Origin: Myxococcota bacterium
GTDB taxonomy: Bacteria; Myxococcota_A; UBA796; SXON01
DNA: 64,000 bases
Direction: 5' to 3'
NCBI GenBank assembly: GCA_040386535.1
Contig: JAZKFH010000003.1
Span: 1-64,000, forward strand
Positions 48,128 to 56,330 of this stretch are shown here, in pieces. The translations under genes were made by a program, and so were the position numbers. The notes under the pieces were generated by a model, which searched no databases, had not been told where the DNA came from, and was given only the letters and a program-made list of their open reading frames with translations. Numbering within the stretch: position 1 is the stretch's first letter; every line of letters starts with the position of its first letter.

Positions 48128-49318
48128 ATGCCGCTCACCCTGATGATGGTCCTCGCCTGCCAGGAGATGCCAGGCTTGAACCCCCTGACGAACCCGAATC
48201 CTCGTCGAGGGGACGGGGAGGCAGAGCCGCCGATTCGCACGCCCGACGACCCCACGGAGGAGGCGGAGGACGCACCGGGCGCGGGTTTTCCCTTCGCCGA
48301 TCACCGCGTCTTCGTGCTCGATCTGGAGCTTCCTCCCACGTCGGTCGAGACGTTGGATCGCGGGAGCGACTACGTGCCGGGCACCCTCCGGTTCGCCGGC
48401 TTCGAGGCCCCGGTCGGCGTGCGCACCAAGGGTTCGAGCACCTACGACGATCTGGACGGCAAGCCCTCCCTGAAGCTGCACTTCGGCGCGCTCACGCCGG
48501 GCGCGACGTTCCTCGGCGTGGAGCGCCTGACGCTCAACAACATGAAGTACGACGACACGATGATGCGCGAGGCCGCCGCGTACCGCCTCTTCGCGCAGAT
48601 GGGCGTGCCCGCGCCGCTCTCCAGCCACGCGCGGCTGAGCATCAACGGCACCGACTACGGGGTCTACAGCCTGGTGGAGACGCTCGACGAGAACTTCCTC
48701 GGGCGGGCGTTCGACGCGGATCCGGACGGCAACCTCTACGACACGGTGTTCGTCTACTCCGACCTCACCTCCGGCGGGCTCGTCAACTTCGAGCTGCAGG
48801 AGGGTGACCCCGCCACCGCCGGCGCCGACCTTGCGGCGCTCGTGTCCGAGCTCGACGGCGGCAACATCCTCGACGTGCTCGAGACCCGCTTCGATCTCGA
48901 GGCGACGCTCTCCTACCTCGCGATCGATCTGTTGAGCGCGAATTGGGACGGCTATTCGCGCAACACCAACAACTACCTCATGTACCACGCGACCCTGACC
49001 GACCGGTGGTACTTCGTGCCTTGGGGCCAGGACACGGCGTTCCGTGGAGATGGCCCGTTGTACGCGGGTATCCGCTCCCGTGTCACCGGCGCCTGCCGCG
49101 CGGACGAAGCGTGCGCTGCGTTGCTCGAACAAAGGGTGCGTGACGTGATGGTGGTGTGGGAGGAGCAGGACCTCTACGGTTGGACCGAAGCGTTGGCCGC
49201 GGTGGTCGTCCCCGAGTGCACGACCGACCCGAAGAAGGGCGGCGACTGCGACGCGGAGGACATCCTGGACCACCTCGGCACCCGGGTGGACTCCGTGCGC
49301 AGGGACATCGGACCGTGA
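48128..49318 (+). CDS. CotH kinase family lipoprotein
   Basis: VLAC lipobox; GVRTKG.ST, KPSLKL, ERLTLNN, NWDGY..NTNNY. Confidence 0.88.
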   Translation: MPLTLMMVLACQEMPGLNPLTNPNPRRGDGEAEPPIRTPDDPTEEAEDAPGAGFPFADHRVFVLDLELPPTSVETLDRGSDYVPGTLRFAGFEAPVGVRTKGSSTYDDLDGKPSLKLHFGALTPGATFLGVERLTLNNMKYDDTMMREAAAYRLFAQMGVPAPLSSHARLSINGTDYGVYSLVETLDENFLGRAFDADPDGNLYDTVFVYSDLTSGGLVNFELQEGDPATAGADLAALVSELDGGNILDVLETRFDLEATLSYLAIDLLSANWDGYSRNTNNYLMYHATLTDRWYFVPWGQDTAFRGDGPLYAGIRSRVTGACRADEACAALLEQRVRDVMVVWEEQDLYGWTEALAAVVVPECTTDPKKGGDCDAEDILDHLGTRVDSVRRDIGP

Positions 49319-49386
49319 AGGATCGGGCGCCCGGAGTTGGTCCGTCGGGTGTGTGTGTAGATTGCGTCGAACCCAAGGGAGCGGGG

Positions 49387-50562
49387 ATGGTCAAGCTGGG
49401 GGACAGTGACACGGTAGGCCAGCTGGCAGCGACCACCGCCCGCTTCGCGGCGCGGCGCCAGGCGGGCGCCGTGGGGTGGGACGCCGACCTCGGCACCTGG
49501 GCCGCGTTCCGCTACGCCGAGGTGCGCCAGGTGTTGACGGAGTGGGAAACCTTCTCGTCCGTGCGCGCCGTCTCTCCCACCGCGTTCCGCCCGAGCCTCA
49601 TCACGACCGACCCGCCGCGGCACCCGCAACTACGCGGGTTGCTCGCCCGGGACTTCACGCCGCGCGCCATCGCCCTGTTGGAGCCGCGCATCCGCGAGGT
49701 CGCCTCCACGCTGCTCGCGCCGGCGCTGGCGGGAGGCGGCTTCGATCTGGTCGCCGACTTCGCCCACCCGCTCCCTGTCATCGTGATCGCGGAGATGCTC
49801 GGAGTCCCGGCGTCCGATCGGCCCCTGTACCGCCGCTGGGCCGAGGCGATCGTGGGCGGCCCCGGCGCCCGCCTCCTCATCGGGGCCGAGCCGACGCCGG
49901 CAGCGCTCGCGGCCCGCGGCGAGATGGACGCCTACTTCGTCGACGCGTGCCGGACGCCGGGCCGGGCGAGCACGGACGGGCTGCTCGCCGCGCTCCTGAA
50001 CGCCCGGATCGACGGAGATGGCCTCGAGGAGTGGGAGATCCTGAGCTTCTGCTCGCTCCTGCTGCTCGCCGGGCACATCACCACGGTCAACCTCATCGGC
50101 AACACGGTCTACTGCTTGTCGGAGCACCCCGAGGCGCTGGCGAGGCTCCAGCAGGACCCCGCGCTCCTCTCCACCGCGGTCGAGGAGGTCCTCCGGTACA
50201 TGTCCCCCGTGCAGGGGATCAGCCGCGTGGCGACACGCCCGGTCGAGCTCGGGGGTGTGTCGCTTCGCGAGGGCGATCGGGTGGTCGCCTGGATCGCGTC
50301 CGCCAACCGGGACGAGCGCGTGTTCGCGGAGGCCGACCGCTTCGACGTCGGGCGTCGTCCCAACCCCCATCTCGCGTTCGGGATGGGGAGCCACTTCTGC
50401 CTCGGGGCGCCGCTCGCCCGCCTGGAGGGGCGCATCGCGCTGCAGGTGCTGCTCGAGCACCTGCCGAAGCTGCGTCCGATCGATCGGGACCCGCCGCGGC
50501 TCGAACCCGCGGGGATCTTTCGCGGGTTCACCCGCCTGCCGGTCCAGCTCCCGCCGCACTGA
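49387..50562 (+). CDS. Cytochrome P450
   Basis: DPPRH, AGHITT, EEVLR, HLAFGMGSHFCLGA. Confidence 0.95.
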   Translation: MVKLGDSDTVGQLAATTARFAARRQAGAVGWDADLGTWAAFRYAEVRQVLTEWETFSSVRAVSPTAFRPSLITTDPPRHPQLRGLLARDFTPRAIALLEPRIREVASTLLAPALAGGGFDLVADFAHPLPVIVIAEMLGVPASDRPLYRRWAEAIVGGPGARLLIGAEPTPAALAARGEMDAYFVDACRTPGRASTDGLLAALLNARIDGDGLEEWEILSFCSLLLLAGHITTVNLIGNTVYCLSEHPEALARLQQDPALLSTAVEEVLRYMSPVQGISRVATRPVELGGVSLREGDRVVAWIASANRDERVFAEADRFDVGRRPNPHLAFGMGSHFCLGAPLARLEGRIALQVLLEHLPKLRPIDRDPPRLEPAGIFRGFTRLPVQLPPH

Positions 50563-50605
50563 CCACCGGGCCGGGGGCGGCGCCACGCGTGGTACGCTGC
50601 CGGGC

Positions 50606-51889
50606 ATGAGCGCGCCCCTCGTAGAAGCGACGTACGTGGATCTCCGCATCACGTTGCGCACCGGCAGCACGCCGGACTCGTTCCACGCCACCGCCAGCGT
50701 GGGGGACGAGAGCGTCGACGGCACGCTCACCGTCTCGATGACCGCCGACCAGGTGCGGCAGGCGATCGACCAGGCGCGCGCGTCCACCAACCCCACGCTC
50801 TCGCGGCAGCGCGCGCCCGGCTCGACCGATCCGCTGCGCGCGCTCGGGACCCAGCTGTTCGAGCGGCTCTTCGAGGGGCCGCTCGGCCGCGTCTACCTCT
50901 CCGCGCTCAAGCAGGCCGAGGCGCCAGAGTCCCTCGGGCTGCGCCTCCGCCTCGTCGTGGACGATCCGAACGCCGCCGCGTTGCCCTGGGAGTTCCTCTA
51001 CGATCCGCGCGGGGACGCCTACCTCGCGCTGTCGCTCCGCACGACCGTCGTCCGCCAACGGAGCGCCCCCTCCGCGAACGGAGGCGCGCAGCCATCACGT
51101 GTCCCGGGCCCGCTGCTCCGCGTGCTGTACGTCATGGTGGATGCCGGGGGGTACCTGGGCGGCCGGGAGGGGATCGCCCTGGTCGAGCAGATCGCCGAGA
51201 ACCACGCGTCCATGCGCGTGGTGGTGCTCTCCGAACCGACCCTGCCGCAGCTCGCGGAGGCCCTGGCGGGCGGCTGTGACCTGCTCCACTACGTCGGCTC
51301 CGTCGAGGACCTCAACATCCGGCTCGGCGGCCGCGAGTGGGTTCCGGCCGAGGCGTTCCTCTCGCTCCTACCGCCGTCCGTCCGGCTGGTCTTCCTCGAC
51401 ACCGACGGCGCCGACCGGTTCGCGAGCGCGTTGGCTCCCCACGTGGAGTCGGCCGTGGGCATCCGCGGCCTCATCTCCGTCGAAGCGTCGGTGGTGTTCG
51501 CCGAGGGCGTGTACAAGTGCCTGCTGGCGGGCGGGTCGATGGAGGCCGCCGTCGCCACCGCGCGGCGCAAGCTCGGCGCCGCCCAACCCGCCGGCCGCGA
51601 GTGGGGCCTGCCCGTGCTCTACACACAAGACCCGGGCGCGCGGCTCGCCCTCGCCCCCGTGCGCTTCGAGACGAGCCCGTTCGAGAGCTTGTGGAGCCCG
51701 CCCGACGCGGGCCCGATGAGCCCCGTGGGGTACCTCCTGGCGCTGTACACGACCAACATCCGCGCGCTGGAGGCGCAGCTCGCCGAGCTCGGCGACGCCC
51801 CGCCCGATTTTCTCGTGGAGCAGCTCCAGGACGAGCGGAACGCCGCCGCCGGGCTGGAGCCCCAGATGTCCGCCCCCGAGGTGAGCTGA
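50606..51889 (+). CDS. CHAT-domain protein with degenerate catalytic dyad (pseudoprotease)
   Basis: LG..LF..LF, LRLRL, ALPWEFL and EWGLPVLY present; HYVGS and VFLDTD replace H.xGHG and LNAC. Confidence 0.85.
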   Translation: MSAPLVEATYVDLRITLRTGSTPDSFHATASVGDESVDGTLTVSMTADQVRQAIDQARASTNPTLSRQRAPGSTDPLRALGTQLFERLFEGPLGRVYLSALKQAEAPESLGLRLRLVVDDPNAAALPWEFLYDPRGDAYLALSLRTTVVRQRSAPSANGGAQPSRVPGPLLRVLYVMVDAGGYLGGREGIALVEQIAENHASMRVVVLSEPTLPQLAEALAGGCDLLHYVGSVEDLNIRLGGREWVPAEAFLSLLPPSVRLVFLDTDGADRFASALAPHVESAVGIRGLISVEASVVFAEGVYKCLLAGGSMEAAVATARRKLGAAQPAGREWGLPVLYTQDPGARLALAPVRFETSPFESLWSPPDAGPMSPVGYLLALYTTNIRALEAQLAELGDAPPDFLVEQLQDERNAAAGLEPQMSAPEVS

Positions 51890-51891
51890 GC

Positions 51892-53664
51892 ATGCCGGTC
51901 AAGACCCCCCGCGCGGACCACACTGCCAACCTCAACCGCCTGGTGGCGCTCTTCGGGCGGCTCGACGAGCGGCGCGGGCGCACCGCGGCCGTGGAGAAGG
52001 CCCTGGCCCCGCTGCGAGGGCCCGGCGGGCTCGTGGTGGAGGGAGAGCTTCGTTACGCCGAGCAGCTCACCACCACCTTCGAGCAGGCGCGCGCCTTGTT
52101 CGCGGAGCTCGTGGCGGACCCGGGCGCGCTGACCACCGAGAAGCTCGACACGCTCGACGAAACGCTCGACGCGCCGATTTGGGAGGTGACCGAGCAGGTG
52201 TGTGACGGGCTCGCCCGCAAGGCCGAGCGGCGGGACACCGTCACGAAGCGCTACGACGATCTCTTGCGCCAGGCGCGCAGCCGCCAGACCCTCGCGCGGG
52301 AGGCGATCGAGCGGGCGCGGGAGGTCCGTGCGCCGCTGGTGCGCGAGGTGTCGTGGTTGCGGGGCGCGGAGAGCCTCCTCGCACAAGCGTTCGGCGCGCT
52401 GGAGAACCGCCAGCTGGTGCGGGTCGTCCAGCCGCTGGCGCGCCTCCAGGAGGAGGAGCGGGTCGAGACGGACCTGCTCGGCAAGGTCAACGGCAAGTAC
52501 GACCTGGCGCGCCCGCTGAGCCGCCAGCTCGAGCTCCTCATCATGAAGTCCGCGCGGGACGCCCAGGGCCGGCTCCGGTACACCGTGCTGCTCCGCACCC
52601 CCAGTGAGCCCGGCACCCACGGGGTCAACATCCAGGGCACGAGCACGATCGTGCACCAGGACCGCACCCGCATCAGCGAGGCCATCGCGCGGCTGGCCCG
52701 CGGGGTGGGCGCGCAGGTGGTGCCGATCGAGAACGCCGGCGGCACCACCCGCTCGATGTTGCCGGTGCCCCGGGTGGCGCCCGGGCCCGCCGAGGCCGAT
52801 GTCGACGGGCTGCTGCGGGACCTGGGCGAGCTGATGTACCGGCTCCTGCTGCCCGACGCGATGCAGCGCTATTTGGAGGACGACGCCGCATCGGTCACGA
52901 TCACGACGAACGATCTCGAGCTCCCCTGGGAGCTGATGTACCTCGACGGCTACCTGTGCCTGAAGCGCCCGGTAGCGCGGATGCCGCTGGGAAATGCCTT
53001 CCCCCGGGGGGAGCGCGCCCCCACGCCGATGCGCGCGAAGATCAAGTTCGCCCTCATCTACTCCGACCCCACCGGCAACCTCCCCGGCGCCCGCCGCGAG
53101 GTCGAGCAGATCCGCGACAACCTCGCCAGCTTCGGGGACCAGATCGAGGTCACCGTGCTGGCCGCCGACACCGCGGGCGGCCTGGATCTGAACGAGGCGC
53201 TCCGCAACGGCAGCTACGATGTCATCCACTACGCCGGCCACGCGTGGTTCGACGAGGAGGATCCCGACCTGTCCGGGCTGGTGCTCGCCGAGGGGGAGGT
53301 CTTCTACGCGCAGAAGATCCGGCGCCTGAACGAGGGGCGCCCGCTCGTGTTCCTGAACGCGTGCTCCTCGGCGCGCATCCGGGAGGAGGTCCCCGGCGGC
53401 GTGTACGACCAGCTCCCCGCCGAGGGCCTCGCCTCGGCCTTCATCTACGGCGGCGCGCTCGCCTGCATCGGCTCCATCTGGCCCGTGCCCGACCGGCAGG
53501 CCGCCCAGCTGGCGACAGCGTTCTATCGCAACGTGCTCGACGGGCACATGATCGGCGAGGCCCTCCGCATGGCCCGCGCCGACCTGTTTCGGCAGAACCC
53601 CCGCGACCCGACCTGGGCGGGGTTCGTGCTCTATGGCAACCCGACGTTCACCCTCGTGGAGTGA
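51892..53664 (+). CDS. CHAT-domain (caspase HetF-associated) protease, catalytically intact, with N-terminal helical region
   Basis: ELPWELM, LPGARRE, IHYAGHA, VFLNACSS, GSIWPV.D, WAGFVLYG. Confidence 0.92.
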   Translation: MPVKTPRADHTANLNRLVALFGRLDERRGRTAAVEKALAPLRGPGGLVVEGELRYAEQLTTTFEQARALFAELVADPGALTTEKLDTLDETLDAPIWEVTEQVCDGLARKAERRDTVTKRYDDLLRQARSRQTLAREAIERAREVRAPLVREVSWLRGAESLLAQAFGALENRQLVRVVQPLARLQEEERVETDLLGKVNGKYDLARPLSRQLELLIMKSARDAQGRLRYTVLLRTPSEPGTHGVNIQGTSTIVHQDRTRISEAIARLARGVGAQVVPIENAGGTTRSMLPVPRVAPGPAEADVDGLLRDLGELMYRLLLPDAMQRYLEDDAASVTITTNDLELPWELMYLDGYLCLKRPVARMPLGNAFPRGERAPTPMRAKIKFALIYSDPTGNLPGARREVEQIRDNLASFGDQIEVTVLAADTAGGLDLNEALRNGSYDVIHYAGHAWFDEEDPDLSGLVLAEGEVFYAQKIRRLNEGRPLVFLNACSSARIREEVPGGVYDQLPAEGLASAFIYGGALACIGSIWPVPDRQAAQLATAFYRNVLDGHMIGEALRMARADLFRQNPRDPTWAGFVLYGNPTFTLVE

Positions 53665-53679
53665 GGCCGCGTCGGGCTC

Positions 53680-55626
53680 TCAGGCGCTCGTCAGGGTGCG
53701 CGTGTCCCCGAACGGGTCGGCTTCCAGCATCGAGGAGTCGTACATCAACACGGAGGCGACGCGGGCGGTCCACCGCTCGGGTGACGCCGCGGGCAGCATG
53801 CCCCGTGTCGGGTCGCGGAAGGTCGCGGGGAGCTCGTAGGAGCGGAACGTGGTGTCCGGCCGGGAGGTGCCGACGACCACGAGGCGATCGATGCCCACCG
53901 ACCGACCGGGCGCGACCCCCGCCACGAACTTGTCGCCCACCACCTCGCCGAGCCACACGATCTGCGTGGAGCGCGCCGGGATGCGGATCGCGTCCGCCAG
54001 GATCTCGACGGCGCCGGCCATCGAGCAGTTCAGCACGCCGACGGTGAGCGCCTGGGCGCTGCGGTTGGTCAGCTCGACCACGAACTCGGTGCCGACGTCG
54101 AGCCGCCACCCGAAGCCCCCGCTGGGATCGGGCGGGAGGTGCGCCCCGCCGGTGGGATCGGCGCCGGTCCGGAGCCGCACGTCGAGGGCGCCGGGCAGGT
54201 CCGTCGCGCGTTGGGCCAGCCGCAGCGGGCGGCGCCACTTCCGGGCGTGGTCGAGCGCGTCGACGATGTCGGCGTGATCGTCCAACGCGAGCTCCATGAG
54301 CGCCTCGGTGAGCTCCGACTCGATCGCGGGGTCGGAGATCTCGACCCGGTCCGGCGTCGTGACGCGGAGATCGAGATCGGCGTCGGCGTCGGTGGGCTCG
54401 ACCAGGGTGAGCCAGGGCTCGGCGGCGAGGGCAGCCCGCAGCGGCGCGTCGTCCGCGAACAGGCGGACGCGGAGCCGATCGTCGGCGCCGGGCACCACGA
54501 TCCGCGCCCGCACGATGTCGGAGAGCACCGTGCTGCCCACGGGATCGAAGAGCTGGGCACGGGCGGTGGCGCGGTCGGCGCTGACGACACGGACCCGCCC
54601 GATCCGCGCGGCGAGGTCGGTGGGGCCGCCCAGGGTCCCGAAACGTGCGGGTGCGTCGACCGGGTAGAGCGCCAGCTCCGTGCCGACGGTGGCGCCGCCG
54701 AGCGTGCCGACGTCGAGCGCCCACAGGTTCCCCGCGCGGGTGGCGGAGATGCCGGGCTCGACCCCCGCGGACGCGCCGCCGAGGATCGGCCGATCGAGCC
54801 GGCCGAGGAACACGGGGTTCTGGTCGGCCACCGCGCCCACCACATTCGCCTGGATCCGGCTCCACACGTGCGCCCAGGTGACGGCGTCGAGGTCGGGCTC
54901 GGTCTTCAGGCGCGACAAGAGCGACCAGGTCAGCGCCCCGCGCCGGCCCTCCGGCGGAAACGCGCGCTCCTTCGCGGTCTGATCGGCCTGGCAGGCGGCG
55001 ATGACGTTGAAGGGGGCGCCCGCGGCCCCGACCATCGCGAGGAGGCCGCGCTCCGCGCCCGCGTCGGGCATGTCGAGCGCGTCCTCCTCCGCGCCCGAGA
55101 GGATCAGGCCGCGCACGCTCGTCGGGACGGGCTCGAACGCGCGGGTCGCGCCGGCCGAGTTGCAGCAGTCGAGCACGACGGTGAGCGGCACGTGCCGCGC
55201 GATGCGGGCGAGCAGGCCGTTGAGCTCCACGTCCCAGAGGAACGGGATCGTCCCGCCGGGCCCGGCGGCTGCGTAGTCGGCGGGCACCAGTGCCTCGCGA
55301 CCCTGGTGGTCCGCGCGCCCGGCCACCTGCATGCCGTGCCCGGCGTACCACACGACCACGCGGTCGGGACGGGTGGCGGGCGCCGCCGCGAGCGTCGCGA
55401 CCGACGTGAGCGCGGCGCGGATGGCTTCGAGCGTCGCCGGGGTCTCGGGGACGTCGGTGGGGACGGAGCCGGCGTGGCGAGACACGAGCTTCCGGATGTC
55501 GGCCTTCGCCACCTTGCCGCTGGCGACGAGGAACGCCTCGACCGCGTCGATGTCCCGCGCGCACCCTTGCAGCGGCCTCACCTTGGTGTAGGCGTCGATC
55601 CCGATCAAAAGTGCGTGGGTGGTCAT
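53680..55626 (-). CDS. Caspase-like peptidase C14 (meta/orthocaspase) with C-terminal accessory domains
   Basis: ALLIGIDAY, LQGC.RD, WYAGHG, VLDCCNS, AACQ..Q.A.E, GALT..LL, Q.P; GAGGAG RBS before ATG 55626. Confidence 0.92.
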   Translation of the reverse strand: MTTHALLIGIDAYTKVRPLQGCARDIDAVEAFLVASGKVAKADIRKLVSRHAGSVPTDVPETPATLEAIRAALTSVATLAAAPATRPDRVVVWYAGHGMQVAGRADHQGREALVPADYAAAGPGGTIPFLWDVELNGLLARIARHVPLTVVLDCCNSAGATRAFEPVPTSVRGLILSGAEEDALDMPDAGAERGLLAMVGAAGAPFNVIAACQADQTAKERAFPPEGRRGALTWSLLSRLKTEPDLDAVTWAHVWSRIQANVVGAVADQNPVFLGRLDRPILGGASAGVEPGISATRAGNLWALDVGTLGGATVGTELALYPVDAPARFGTLGGPTDLAARIGRVRVVSADRATARAQLFDPVGSTVLSDIVRARIVVPGADDRLRVRLFADDAPLRAALAAEPWLTLVEPTDADADLDLRVTTPDRVEISDPAIESELTEALMELALDDHADIVDALDHARKWRRPLRLAQRATDLPGALDVRLRTGADPTGGAHLPPDPSGGFGWRLDVGTEFVVELTNRSAQALTVGVLNCSMAGAVEILADAIRIPARSTQIVWLGEVVGDKFVAGVAPGRSVGIDRLVVVGTSRPDTTFRSYELPATFRDPTRGMLPAASPERWTARVASVLMYDSSMLEADPFGDTRTLTSA

Positions 55627-55788
55627 GCCGTGCTCCTCGAAGCGACGCGAGGAGTCTACCAGAACGGCCTCGTTCTCCATCGTCGGCCGGGGCCGCGGCA
55701 TGACGACGGCGCGCGTTCACGCCCGGTGAACACCCGGCCCGACGGCGGTGGTGTACGCTTCCCGCGTTTGCACGAGGATGGCTCGCAG

Positions 55789-56301
55789 ATGCCCACCGAC
55801 CCCACCCCGGCCCTCGCCCCCCTCGTGGTCCTCGCCGTGTTGGTCGGCGCCGGCGCCGCGGGAGGCCTGGCCCAGTCCCTCGCCCGGCTGCTCCCGAGCG
55901 ACGGCGCGTCACTGACCGCGGTGAAGCCCGGCGTGTGGGCAGATCTCGCCGTACGTGCCGGCGTGGGCGTCGGCGCCGCGCTGCTCATCCCGGTCCTGCC
56001 GCTCGACGTGAAAGGCGAGCTGCTCGGCTACGTCGCGTACGGCATCCTCGCCGGTTTTGCCGGCCCCGCCGTGCTCACCAACGCGGCCGCCCGCATCGGT
56101 GCGATGGCGTCCGAGCTGAAGGTGAAGCGCCTGGAGGACGGCCTCGCGCGCGCGGGCGACGCGATCGCCGACGTGGAGAGCGCTCTCACCCAGGCCGACC
56201 AGGACACCCGAGACCTGAACGCGCCGCCGTTCGACGCGGGGGCCGCGCGCGCCCGCCTGGCCGAGATCCGCGCCCAGCTCGAGCGCCTGCGCAGCCACTG
56301 A
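55789..56301 (+). CDS. Three-TM membrane protein with C-terminal coiled coil (YLATT-like)
   Basis: GAAGGLAQSL, GVGAALLIPVL and GILAGFAG hydrophobic segments; divergent from the caspase gene. Confidence 0.75.
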   Translation: MPTDPTPALAPLVVLAVLVGAGAAGGLAQSLARLLPSDGASLTAVKPGVWADLAVRAGVGVGAALLIPVLPLDVKGELLGYVAYGILAGFAGPAVLTNAAARIGAMASELKVKRLEDGLARAGDAIADVESALTQADQDTRDLNAPPFDAGAARARLAEIRAQLERLRSH

Positions 56302-56330
56302 TCCCCCTCCCCCGTACGTTGGAGCCCGCC

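Noticed and set aside
54139..55788. Long N-terminal extension of the 3-TM protein
   Set aside because: Antisense to the caspase gene; plausible start is ATG 55789
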